Source: Candidatus Velesiimonas alkalicola
GTDB taxonomy: Bacteria; Omnitrophota; Gorgyraeia; Velesiimonadales; Velesiimonadaceae
Reading direction: 5' to 3'
Assembly: GCA_013626165.1 (NCBI GenBank)
Contig: NDHX01000008.1
Span: 3,316-67,315, forward strand
DNA: 64,000 nucleotides
Shown here: positions 9,099 to 18,423 of the stretch, piece by piece
Layout: the number at the start of each line of letters is the position of its first letter
Position numbering within the stretch: position 1 is the first letter of the stretch
Position numbers and translations under genes: made by a program
The notes under the pieces: generated by a model
The model's database searches: none
Told to the model about the DNA's origin: nothing
What the model saw: the letters and a program-made list of their open reading frames with translations, nothing else

Positions 9099-10478
9099 CT
9101 ATTTATATTCTTTAGATTTTATTTTTGTTGAAAGTTTATTTATTAATATCTTCACATTTTCGTCTTTTTGCATATCTTCCTCTATTTTATTGTAAGAATA
9201 TAATACTGTGGTATGGTCTTTACCACCAAAAAACCTTCCAATATTTTCTAATGATTCTTTTGTGAGACTTCTTGTAAGATACATTGCTACCTGTCTCGGA
9301 AAAAGAACCCTTCTTTGTCTGTTTTTTTTTCTTAAAAAAGAAACCTGTATCCCGAAATAATTACTCACTACATTTTGTATTTTTTCTAGTGTTATTTCTT
9401 CTTCCTCCTTTTCTTCAACGCTTTTTTTTAATACCTCTCTTGCAAGCTCAATACTTACTTTTTTACCCATCAGTGAAGCGTAAGCAACAACCCTTATAAG
9501 AGAACCCTCTAATACCCTTATATTAACTTTAATTTTTTCTGCAACAAAAAACACAACATCGTCAGGAATAAAAATAGAACTCGATTCAGATTTCTTTTTT
9601 AAAATGGCAACGCGTGTCTCAATATCCGGGGGTTGTATATCTGTAACCAACCCCCATGAAAATCGGCTAATGAGTCTTTCTTCAAGAGAAGAAATATCTT
9701 TGGGATGACGATCACTGGAAAGTACTATTTGTTTATGAGAATCATACAGTGCATTGAAAGTATGAAAAAATTCCTCTTGCGTAGAATCTTTTCCTGCAAT
9801 AAAATGGACATCATCCAAAAGCAAAACATCTGTTTTTCTATACTTATCTCTGAAGTTTTCTAATTTTTTATTTTGTATTGCGTATATAAACTGGTTTGTA
9901 AAATGTTCACAAGAAATCAAAAGAATTTTTGCATTTGAGGATTTTTTTGTTATATATAAACCAATGGCATGCATAAGGTGTGTTTTTCCAAGCCCTGTTC
10001 CCCCATAAATTAAAAGAGGATTATACGCCCTTGCAGGAGATTCTGCAACCGCCATACCGGCTGCGTGTGCAAATCTATTTGATGCTCCGATAACGAAATT
10101 TTCAAAAGAGTATTTTGGAATAAGATTAACTGATTTTTTATTTTCACCAAAATTTGTTTTTTGGTCATCCTTTGTTGTTCCTGCGCTCATTTCGCCCGTG
10201 GGCTTAGGACAGACGGACACAGTGTTGGGGGCCTGGTTGCCTGTCATAATAAAATCTATATCCATCCTTTTTCCCGAAGACTCTGCAACAACCTGTTCAA
10301 GTAATATTCCATATTGTTTTAATATATACTCTTTATAAAATTTATTTGGGACCCCAAACACAATCTGATCATCAGTAGCAGAGATAAATTTTAAAGAAGA
10401 AAACCAAGTTTCCCACACCTGAACACTTATACGGGATTTAAGTAAAGATAAAGAATTTAACCAAATACTAGAATTCAT
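9099..10478 (-). CDS. dnaA: Chromosomal replication initiator DnaA
   Basis: 459 aa; AAA+ Walker A GGTGLGKTHLMHAIG, domain IV DNA-binding region. Confidence 0.95.
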   Translation of the reverse strand: MNSSIWLNSLSLLKSRISVQVWETWFSSLKFISATDDQIVFGVPNKFYKEYILKQYGILLEQVVAESSGKRMDIDFIMTGNQAPNTVSVCPKPTGEMSAGTTKDDQKTNFGENKKSVNLIPKYSFENFVIGASNRFAHAAGMAVAESPARAYNPLLIYGGTGLGKTHLMHAIGLYITKKSSNAKILLISCEHFTNQFIYAIQNKKLENFRDKYRKTDVLLLDDVHFIAGKDSTQEEFFHTFNALYDSHKQIVLSSDRHPKDISSLEERLISRFSWGLVTDIQPPDIETRVAILKKKSESSSIFIPDDVVFFVAEKIKVNIRVLEGSLIRVVAYASLMGKKVSIELAREVLKKSVEEKEEEEITLEKIQNVVSNYFGIQVSFLRKKNRQRRVLFPRQVAMYLTRSLTKESLENIGRFFGGKDHTTVLYSYNKIEEDMQKDENVKILINKLSTKIKSKEYK

Positions 10479-10543
10479 AACGCATCCCTGTTAAAATGTA
10501 TAATACATTGATAAACAAAAAGATACAAACAAAGATATAAATA

Positions 10544-10578
10544 TTATTAACAATGTTATTAACAATTTATTATTAACT
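10544..10578 (+). promoter_or_regulatory. Three direct TTATTAAC(A/T) repeats upstream of dnaA (degenerate DnaA-box-like; possible autoregulatory sites)
   Basis: ttattaaca at 10544 and 10556, ttattaact at 10570; 7/9 match to TTATCCACA. Confidence 0.25.
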
Positions 10579-11268
10579 CTCTCTTAATATATCTTTACAC
10601 ATCTCCAAAGGATTCTGTGCGAGTAAAACAGGCCTTCCCACCACAATATAATCTGTTCCGACACTTTTTGCAGCAGAAGGGGTTGCAGTCCTTTTTTGGT
10701 CATCTTCGGATTGTTTTAATCTTATACCAGGGGTAACAGTAATAAAATTTTTGCCACATATATTTTTTATATCCGGAACCTCCTCTACACTTGCAACAAC
10801 CCCTGAAAGCCCTGACTGTTTTGCAATCCTTGCAAGACACATAACCTGTTCTTTTACAGTAGAATATACCCCAATTTGTTGCAGGTCAGATCGCTCAAAA
10901 CTTGTAAGAACCGTTACCCCAACCAATATCGGAGAAAGAATTTTAAGATTTTCTGCCTGTTCTCGGCATCCCCTAGCAGCAGATTCCATCATCTTTTTAC
11001 CTCCGCCTGTATGAACATTTAACATATCAACCCCAAGACTAACAGCACTTCGGACAGCAGACTCAACAATATTGGGAATATCATAGAATTTAAGGTCAAG
11101 AAATACCTTCCCCCCCATCTGTTTTATTACTTTTACGCTTTCCGGTCCTGTAGAGGTAAAAAGAACACTTCCTATTTTAAAAAATTTTACAACAGGAAAA
11201 AGTGTTTTAAAAAATTTTTTCTCCTGTTCTAAATTTATAACATCAAGAGATACAATAAGTTCTGGCAT
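10573..11268 (-). CDS. pyrF: Orotidine 5'-phosphate decarboxylase
   Basis: 231 aa, LDLKFYDIPN and DMLNVHTGGG motifs. Confidence 0.9.
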   Translation of the reverse strand: MPELIVSLDVINLEQEKKFFKTLFPVVKFFKIGSVLFTSTGPESVKVIKQMGGKVFLDLKFYDIPNIVESAVRSAVSLGVDMLNVHTGGGKKMMESAARGCREQAENLKILSPILVGVTVLTSFERSDLQQIGVYSTVKEQVMCLARIAKQSGLSGVVASVEEVPDIKNICGKNFITVTPGIRLKQSEDDQKRTATPSAAKSVGTDYIVVGRPVLLAQNPLEMCKDILRES

Positions 11269-11364
11269 AAAAAATTATTTTTTCTTCTCCCTGACAAATG
11301 GTATGAAATATGACATACACATATGTGGTCTTGGACCAGCGAGAGCAAGAGTTAAAAGTAAAAA

Positions 11365-12294
11365 TCAAGCCTGGTTCAAGACCATTTTATTTGTATTCAG
11401 GCGTCCAACCAATTTTCCTATCTTGTATATTTTATTTTCCAAAAGATATTTCTTTAAGCCGGATATTATTTCTGCACCTATTTGCGGATTAATAAAATTT
11501 CCCACACCAACCGCAACAGCAGAAGCACCTGCAATGATAAACTCCAAAGCATCTTGTGCACTTAAAATCCCTCCCATTCCTATGATTGGAACCTGGACGC
11601 TATTATATACTTCATAAACCATTCTTAGTGCAACCGGCTTTATTGCAGGTCCGCTTAACCCACCTATAATGTTCCCAATCTTGGGTTTTCTTTCCTTTAT
11701 ATCTATTGCCATTCCGGGAAGTGTGTTTATAAGTGAAATTGCGTCGGTTCCGGCATCTTGCACGGTTTTTGCAATAATTTTTATGTCTGTGACCTGCGGC
11801 GAAAGTTTGGATATAACCGGAACCTTAACAGATTTTTTAACAACCCTCACAACATTATACGAGGATTTTGTGTTTTGTGCAATGAGTTCCTTATAGCCAA
11901 CATTTGGACAGGAAAGATTAATCTCTATTGCGTCCACGCCGCACTGTTCTATTTTTTTTGCTATTTTCCCGTATTCTTCCGTATTTTTTCCTGCAATTGA
12001 GACAACAATAGGAACACCCAATTTTTTTATTTCAGGAACAATATTTTTTATAAAGTGGTTTAATCCGCTGTTTTGAAGTCCGATAGAATTTAGCATACCC
12101 GAAGGGGTTTCACAAATTCTTGGGAAAGGGTTTCCTTCCCTTGGTTTTAGTGTGATTGTTTTGGTAACAATTGCACCAATACTTTTAACATCTATCCATT
12201 TTGATATTTCTTCTCCGTATCCGGCTGTTCCTGATGCGAGAAGCACAGGTTTTTTTAATTTTATACCAATATTTGTAGATAAGTCAATATCCAT
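11365..12294 (-). CDS. pyrD: Dihydroorotate dehydrogenase catalytic subunit (class 1B)
   Basis: 309 aa, LKKPVLLASGTAGYG, FMN-binding TIM barrel motifs. Confidence 0.9.
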   Translation of the reverse strand: MDIDLSTNIGIKLKKPVLLASGTAGYGEEISKWIDVKSIGAIVTKTITLKPREGNPFPRICETPSGMLNSIGLQNSGLNHFIKNIVPEIKKLGVPIVVSIAGKNTEEYGKIAKKIEQCGVDAIEINLSCPNVGYKELIAQNTKSSYNVVRVVKKSVKVPVISKLSPQVTDIKIIAKTVQDAGTDAISLINTLPGMAIDIKERKPKIGNIIGGLSGPAIKPVALRMVYEVYNSVQVPIIGMGGILSAQDALEFIIAGASAVAVGVGNFINPQIGAEIISGLKKYLLENKIYKIGKLVGRLNTNKMVLNQA

Positions 12295-13061
12295 TAAAAA
12301 ATCTCTTTTGAATTGAAAACAGGACCATCCTTACACACAAGGGCAGTGCCTTTTTTTGTCTTTATTGCACAACCGAGACAGGTTCCTATTCCACACCCCA
12401 TAACAGTTTCAAGAGAAATATAACATGGAATGTTTTTAAGGTCTGCTATTTTTGAAACTTCCCTTAACATTGCATTCGGCCCACAGGCATAGATAACAGA
12501 AGGAGCATTTTTTTTAAGAAACACTTTAAGATTGTTTGTTACAAAACATTTTTCGCCCAAACTTCCGTCTTCTGTGCAAGGGATAACGGTGTTTTTAATC
12601 TTTTTAAAATCTAAAATACACAACAATTTACCCTTTGTTTTTGCTCCGATAAAAAGGGTTATACTATTTGAGTTTTTAGAAAGAATTTCTGATAAAAACA
12701 GAAGCGGAGCACTGCCCATCCCCCCTGCAACAAGTAGTGTATTACAATTTTTAAATATTTTAAACCCATTTCCAAGAGGACCTATTACCATCATCGTATC
12801 GCCTCTTTTTAATTTAGAAATTTGATATGTTGCCTCACCGAGTACCTTGTATAAAATCTCAATATTTTCGCCCCTCACCCTGTGTATACTAAACGGCCTG
12901 TTAAAAAAAGGCTGAGTGGTCCTCCATCCCCTTACCATAACAAACTGGCCTGGCACAGCGTTTCTTGCTATAAAGGGCGCATCCAGTACGATGTGGTAAT
13001 AGTTGGTGTGAATCTGCTTATTTGATCGGATTTTTACGGTTAGGTTTTGCTCCATTAACAC
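12294..13061 (-). CDS. pyrK: Dihydroorotate dehydrogenase electron-transfer subunit PyrK
   Basis: FAD/NAD-binding domain plus C-terminal CGIGTCLGCA 2Fe-2S motif; 1-nt overlap with pyrD. Confidence 0.85.
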   Translation of the reverse strand: MLMEQNLTVKIRSNKQIHTNYYHIVLDAPFIARNAVPGQFVMVRGWRTTQPFFNRPFSIHRVRGENIEILYKVLGEATYQISKLKRGDTMMVIGPLGNGFKIFKNCNTLLVAGGMGSAPLLFLSEILSKNSNSITLFIGAKTKGKLLCILDFKKIKNTVIPCTEDGSLGEKCFVTNNLKVFLKKNAPSVIYACGPNAMLREVSKIADLKNIPCYISLETVMGCGIGTCLGCAIKTKKGTALVCKDGPVFNSKEIF

Positions 13062-14107
13062 TCAAATATCTGTTTTTGGGCGGAAGAGCTTTTTAAGCAA
13101 GAAATATTCAGGTGTTTATATGCAAGGTCTGTTGCCTGCCTTCCCCTGGAAGTTCTTTTTATAAAGCCAGCCTTTAAAAGATATGGCTCAACAACATCTT
13201 CAAGTGTATCTCTTTCCTCATTTAATGAGGCAGCTATTGCTTCTATGCCTGCGGGCCCTCCGTTATAAATATTTATGATTGTTTCAAGCATCTTTCTATC
13301 AAGGTTGTCCAGTCCCTCTGTGTCCACCCCTTGCATTTTTAAGGCTTCCTCAGAAATTTTTTTTGTTATTTTCCCATCAAATTTTACCTGTGCATAGTCT
13401 CTTACTCTTTTTAAAAGTCGGTTTGCTATTCTTGGTGTGCCACGGGATCTTTTTGCAATTTCTGTTGCGGCACCATCTTCTATGAAGATCCCGAGGATTT
13501 CAGCTGTTCGTTTTATTACAAGCAAAAGGTCTGCTGGCTTATAAAAGTCCAGGTGAAAATGCATACCAAAGCGGCCTCTCAGCGCTCCTGTCAAAAGCCC
13601 CGACCGTGTTGTTGCCCCAACAAGCACAAACGGTTTAAGGGTAAATTTTATGGTTCTTGCATAAGGGCCCTTGTCAATGACAAAATCTATCTGAAAGTTT
13701 TCCATAGCTGGATAAAGAAATTCTTCTACAAGCTTTGAAAGCCTGTGTATTTCATCTATAAAAAAAATATTCCCCTGTTTCAGGTTTGTCAGTATGCCCA
13801 CAAGATCTCCTGCTCTTTCTATAGAAGGTCCAGTTGTGGATGTTATCTGTGCCCCCGTCTCTTTTGCAATGATATGTGCAAGTGTGGTTTTTCCCAATCC
13901 CGGGGGTCCTGAAAAAAGGATGTGCTCTAATACCTCCTGCCTTTTTTTTGCTGCTTTTATGGCAATAAAAATGTTTTCTACAACCTCTTTTTGGTTTATA
14001 AACTCTGATATTTTTGATGGCCTGAGAGCGACATTAAGAACTGTATCCTCTTCTGTTTCCTGAGGGGTAAGAAGGCTTTTTTTAAAAACATCTTTTTCCA
14101 TAGACAC
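13055..14107 (-). CDS. ruvB: Holliday junction branch migration helicase RuvB
   Basis: LFSGPPGLGKTTLAHIIA Walker A, 350 aa. Confidence 0.95.
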   Translation of the reverse strand: MSMEKDVFKKSLLTPQETEEDTVLNVALRPSKISEFINQKEVVENIFIAIKAAKKRQEVLEHILFSGPPGLGKTTLAHIIAKETGAQITSTTGPSIERAGDLVGILTNLKQGNIFFIDEIHRLSKLVEEFLYPAMENFQIDFVIDKGPYARTIKFTLKPFVLVGATTRSGLLTGALRGRFGMHFHLDFYKPADLLLVIKRTAEILGIFIEDGAATEIAKRSRGTPRIANRLLKRVRDYAQVKFDGKITKKISEEALKMQGVDTEGLDNLDRKMLETIINIYNGGPAGIEAIAASLNEERDTLEDVVEPYLLKAGFIKRTSRGRQATDLAYKHLNISCLKSSSAQKQIFEC

Positions 14108-14170
14108 AAACTATTATATGTTAAAAATATTCTTCTTGCAAGTTATCAAAAAAGATGATATAATTTTTCT

Positions 14171-15025
14171 ATGAAGCTTAAAAATGCACAGGCGCAGGTA
14201 TTTGTTCCAGATGGTATGAATGTTAAAAAAGCATTAACAAAAACAACACACATAGGCATAGGCGCACATCACGATGACCTTGAGGTGATGGCATACCATG
14301 GGATATTGCAGCATTTTGAAAACAAGAAGAATTGGTTTCTCGGTGTTACGGTTACAGATGGCAGAGGTTCACCAAGAAGCGGGGTATATGCAAGATATAC
14401 GGACGAAGAAATGCGAAAGGTAAGACGCGTTGAACAAAAAAAGGCGGCGTCTGTGGGAGAGTATACAGCTGTCTGTCTTCTTGAATGGCCATCAGAATTG
14501 GTAAAAAATCCGAAAGATAGCGGTGTAAGAGAAGACTTAAAAGAAATTTTAAAAGCAGCAAAGCCTTCTTATATCTACACGCACAATATTGCAGATAAAC
14601 ACCCCACGCATGTTGCAGTTGCAGTAAAGACCATACAGAGTTTAAGAGAATTAAGGGATATATTTGTTCCCGAAGCTGTTTTTGGTTGCGAGGTGTGGAG
14701 AGGACTTGACTGGATGAATGATAAGGATAAGGTTGCTCTTGATGTAAGCTCTCATGAAGGCATTGCAAATGCACTTGTAGGGCTATTTGATTCACAGGTG
14801 TGTGGAGGGAAAAGGTATGATATCGCAACAATTGGAAGAAGAAGAGCGAATGCAACATATCTTGCATCACATGAAGTTGATAAAGCAACGCACCTTATAT
14901 TTGCTATGGATCTGGCCCCCCTTGTGAAAGATATTTCATTAGACATAGAAGAATATGTTGTAGGTTTTATAAAGAAATTTGAAAAAGATGTCCGAGAAAA
15001 CATTAAAAAACTAATACAAGGTTAG
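14171..15025 (+). CDS. PIG-L/LmbE family N-acetylglucosaminyl deacetylase
   Basis: GAHHDDLEVMAYHG metal-binding motif characteristic of PIG-L family. Confidence 0.65.
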   Translation: MKLKNAQAQVFVPDGMNVKKALTKTTHIGIGAHHDDLEVMAYHGILQHFENKKNWFLGVTVTDGRGSPRSGVYARYTDEEMRKVRRVEQKKAASVGEYTAVCLLEWPSELVKNPKDSGVREDLKEILKAAKPSYIYTHNIADKHPTHVAVAVKTIQSLRELRDIFVPEAVFGCEVWRGLDWMNDKDKVALDVSSHEGIANALVGLFDSQVCGGKRYDIATIGRRRANATYLASHEVDKATHLIFAMDLAPLVKDISLDIEEYVVGFIKKFEKDVRENIKKLIQG

Positions 15026-15136
15026 CGGAAGAACATACCAAATGTATGCTATGTTAATTATAAGAACCGCACACATTGGGCGTGAATTTTGTTTCTTGCA
15101 TCTTGGTGTTTGTAATAAAAACTGGTGATAGGAGAC

Positions 15137-15170
15137 TGGCACCAGAGCACCAAAGCACCAGAGCACCAGT
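15137..15170. repeat. 8-bp-period GCACCAGA tandem array (repeat family copy B) followed by terminator-like hairpin and T-run
   Basis: tggcaccagagcaccaaagcaccagagcaccagt; then ...ccccggtgctttttt. Confidence 0.7.
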
Positions 15171-15419
15171 TGCTCCTAAAGTTTCACAAACTTGCCCCGG
15201 TGCTTTTTTAAAACCAGCATAGATTTCACATATATTTCACAATCTCGCCATATTTTTGCCACAGTCAAAAAATATAATCCCTGTGATAACAAAGCAAGTG
15301 AAAAAAGGGAAAAAGTAAATTTTATTTTTGAGCAAGTCTGTAGCCAAGAGCAGGGCGGCACTTTCATGGAATAGATAATTTGATTAAATAATAATGAGAA
15401 AGAAGGGGGGGATGTTGTT

Positions 15420-15947
15420 GTGAAGTTAAAAGAAGAAAATGGTTGGAGCCCTTATCTGGCTGGGGCGCTAAGCGGTCTGGTGGTTATTATGTCTGTCTGG
15501 GCAACAGGAAGGTTTTTTGGTGCAACTACTACTTTTGTCCGTTCGGCCGGTATGCTGGAGAAACTTTTTGCTCCGGAGCGTGTAGACAGGCTCGCTTATT
15601 TTGTTAAATATGTGCCCAAGATAGACTGGCAGTGGATGTTTGTGATAGGCATCCTCATAGGTTCTTTGCTGGCAGCGGTAACCTCGGGCAGTTTTCGCTG
15701 GCAGGCCCTTCCGGATATGTGGAAAAAGCGCTTTGGTTCCAGCCTAATCAAGCGAGCGGTAGTAGCTTTCATCGGAGGAGTAATAGCGATATTTGGCGCC
15801 AGGCTGGCCGGTGGTTGCCCAAGCGGTCAAGGGCTAAGCGGTTCACTCCAGCTATCCATTAGTGGACTTATCGCTGTAGTCGGTTTCTTCGCCGGAGGCG
15901 TTGTAACTGCCCGCCTGCTTTACGACAGAGGAGGTGAGCGCAAATGA
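15420..15947 (+). CDS. YeeE/YedE family (DUF395) sulfur-compound transporter, half 1
   Basis: 175 aa membrane protein with GGCPSGQ motif; GTG start after GGGGGG RBS. Confidence 0.7.
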   Translation: MKLKEENGWSPYLAGALSGLVVIMSVWATGRFFGATTTFVRSAGMLEKLFAPERVDRLAYFVKYVPKIDWQWMFVIGILIGSLLAAVTSGSFRWQALPDMWKKRFGSSLIKRAVVAFIGGVIAIFGARLAGGCPSGQGLSGSLQLSISGLIAVVGFFAGGVVTARLLYDRGGERK

Positions 15948-16471
15948 ACATGCTCCTTTACGGGCTCATTACCGGGGTTCTCTTTGGTTTCTTGTTGCAA
16001 AAAGGAAGGGTGCTGCGTTACGATAAGCAGCTGGGAGCCTTGCGTTTATTAGATATGACTATCGTGAAGTTTATGTTTTCAGCAATTCTGGTTGGCATGG
16101 TAGGGGTTTATCTGCTTAAAGACCTGGGGTTAGTTGAACTTTCTGTAAGGCCAATTATCCTAGGGGGCAGCATTTTAGGCGGGCTTATCTTCGGGGTTGG
16201 CTGGGGATTATTGGGTTATTGCCCTGGAACCCAGCTCGGAGCTCTGGGTGAAGGGCGCTGGGATGCACTTTGGGGCATTCTGGGCATGATGGTCGGTGCT
16301 GCGCTTTTTGTTGAAGCCTACCCAGCCCTGAAGAAGACGGTGCTAACTTGGGGAGATTTTGGCAAGGCCACCCTGCCCCAGGCTCTGGGGCTGAACCACT
16401 GGTTTATTATTCCCCTCTTTGTAGTGGCGGTGCTGGCGCTTTTTAGGTGGTTAGAGAGAAAAAAACTTTAG
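15944..16471 (+). CDS. YeeE/YedE family (DUF395) sulfur-compound transporter, half 2
   Basis: 175 aa membrane protein with GYCPGTQ motif; 4-nt overlap with half 1. Confidence 0.7.
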   Translation: MNMLLYGLITGVLFGFLLQKGRVLRYDKQLGALRLLDMTIVKFMFSAILVGMVGVYLLKDLGLVELSVRPIILGGSILGGLIFGVGWGLLGYCPGTQLGALGEGRWDALWGILGMMVGAALFVEAYPALKKTVLTWGDFGKATLPQALGLNHWFIIPLFVVAVLALFRWLERKKL

Positions 16472-16674
16472 CCATCCAGCCAGGATGGAGGTAGTCGCTT
16501 TTTAAAAATCATCTGTAATGCCTCTGCTGGAACACCGTTTCCCCCTACCTATTATTCTTACGTGTTTTAAGGGGGGATCTGGATTCCCGCTCACTGATTG
16601 CGGGAAAAGTCAGGTCCAAACTTAAATTTATTCAAGTTAGGCTTTAACTTCGTTTCGTTAATTGATTACATTCA

Positions 16675-16702
16675 CCCCGTTAGATAATGTTATCTAACGG
16701 GG
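16675..16702. repeat. Perfect 28-bp palindrome (13-bp stem, 2-nt loop) ccccgttagataaTGttatctaacgggg immediately 3' of the HTH-methyltransferase remnant gene
   Basis: Direct reading; terminator-like or recombination site. Confidence 0.6.
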
Positions 16703-16708
16703 CAAGAA

Positions 16709-17092
16709 TTATTCCGCACCAACACCACAAAAATAGTCTAAAACTAATTCGCTGGGTTTTGAATATTTAAGGATCACATTTCTTGGGATATAAGGAGACC
16801 AGTTACCTCTATATTCTCCACTATGAGTAGCCCAATTACCTCTCTGCTTAAAACTCCATATAGTGGTTTGCTCTTCTTTAAAATCTTTGGGGTAAAGTGT
16901 TTTTATTTTTTTAGAAATATCCAAGGAGCTAATGTTAATTCCTTGTGATTTTGTAATAAGCTTCTCAATGTATCTAAATGTAACACCATATTTTTGCCCA
17001 ATCTCTAAATCAGAGGTTCCTCTTGTTTTTTCCTGCAAGATTGCTTCCTGGAGTTCTTTTTCAGTTTTGAAACTTATTTTTTGATTGACCAT
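16709..17092 (-). CDS. Chimeric remnant: N-terminal HTH (C-protein-like) region fused to C-terminal motif-I segment of a beta-class N4/N6 DNA methyltransferase, truncated after FxGxG
   Basis: Residues 70-127 (TIWSFKQRG...PYIPRNVILKYSKPSELVLDYFCGVGAE) are homologous to residues ~185-240 of the intact MTase at 26451-27278 (SFWEIKPQ...FPEELVYRLIKFYTYQENIVLDPFGGSG); N-terminal 25 codons plus 5' UTR are duplicated at 25500-25625. Confidence 0.55.
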   Translation of the reverse strand: MVNQKISFKTEKELQEAILQEKTRGTSDLEIGQKYGVTFRYIEKLITKSQGINISSLDISKKIKTLYPKDFKEEQTTIWSFKQRGNWATHSGEYRGNWSPYIPRNVILKYSKPSELVLDYFCGVGAE

Positions 17093-17243
17093 TGCACCTT
17101 CTTTTTATTACTAAGCCCGCTGTTTCGCCTGACGGTTCCAGCACATACAACGTTGCGACCAAAGGGAGCAATGTCCCGAGAGGAAAGGGCGTAGCCCGCA
17201 GCATATATGCTGTGTTATCTGATGTTCGGTATGCATCATGTTC

Positions 17244-18014
17244 CTATCCTGTATATCCACACATTCCGACTCGTGGAGAATTAACCACAGGCAAGAGCAT
17301 CTCTTCGCCACACTCATGCTTCCGAGCACATTCATCACAAAGCCATTCTTTGCCCGACCAGATACATTCAGCGCACACTTGCGCAGCAATTTTTCCACAC
17401 GACTCACAGGCTATAGAGGGAGGATCATTTCTGGCCAGAAGCTGAACTGACATACTCTTAGCTTCACCTTCCAGTTCTGATACAACTCTCAAGGTAAGCT
17501 CCGTGGTGGTGCCAAAGTCGTACTTATGATAAAACTTCATTCCGGGGCTGAGTACATCACCCAGCGCAACCTTCATACCTCTTTCGTCATATTCTCTCAT
17601 CGGGCTTATGGAATATCTTGTCCCTTCGATTGTGAACGCACTTAGGTGTCCACAGCATTCTAACCAGATATCCCTGAGGAAGCCGTCCAAACCTTCAAGC
17701 GTTGTTTTTGCTGGTACGGAAAGATGCATCCAATACTCAGGTAAGCCGCGTCCCTCAACCACAAGATAGAAGCCTTTTGTTTTCTGCAACTTCCGCTTCT
17801 CCGATGATGTCTCCGACACAGCTTCTCTTTGCTTACATGACTTCAAGTGTTTAGTCATTGCTGCCTTACTAAAGGTAGCATTGCAAAAACTACACTTTCC
17901 CTTTGACATCTGTCTTGTCATTTCTTCCTCCTCCACCCTCGACGCTACTACCAGTCGCTTCCTCTCCTTCTGACCCATTTCTAAATGTCCCCTTTCCATA
18001 AACAGGCACCTCAC
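17244..18014 (-). CDS. Cys-rich Zn-ribbon hypothetical protein in higher-GC island (N-terminal CxxC...H...C finger, C-terminal CESCGK..CAEC...CDEC cluster); true start probably an internal Met
   Basis: 256-aa ORF, ~48% GC versus ~35% in flanks; no confident family assignment. Confidence 0.4.
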   Translation of the reverse strand: MRCLFMERGHLEMGQKERKRLVVASRVEEEEMTRQMSKGKCSFCNATFSKAAMTKHLKSCKQREAVSETSSEKRKLQKTKGFYLVVEGRGLPEYWMHLSVPAKTTLEGLDGFLRDIWLECCGHLSAFTIEGTRYSISPMREYDERGMKVALGDVLSPGMKFYHKYDFGTTTELTLRVVSELEGEAKSMSVQLLARNDPPSIACESCGKIAAQVCAECIWSGKEWLCDECARKHECGEEMLLPVVNSPRVGMCGYTG

Positions 18015-18423
18015 TTTATCAGATGCCCTTATTATCTCACCTGAAAGAGGACATTTCTATTGAGCTACATTAGGATATTATCATAGAGTTTCAACACGTA
18101 TATGTATAGACAGGTGAGGTCTCAAATATCTCATTCCAAGATGTAAATTTCCCCGTTCTGAATTTTGAAGCATTATCGGCTCATGTTCATCGATGATATA
18201 ATCGGTGACGGGTTTAAGCTTTTCTTTGAGGTTGTTACGAGTGAACCTCCGCTTGTGGAAACCTCCCCAGACCCTACCATTGTTGCATAGTATACATCAA
18301 GTCCCAGTCCCCGACAACTTTTCAGAAAGGCCTTTCTCACCCATCCGGCTGTCGGTCAAAACGTTACCGCCTCGACGCAAAACCAGGCCCTTAGCGCTCT
18401 CCTGTTCCTCTATCGCCAGGTGC

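Noticed and set aside
16480-16710. tRNA gene as island attachment site
   Set aside because: No cloverleaf-compatible sequence or GTTCGAATCC-like T-arm seen; only hairpins.
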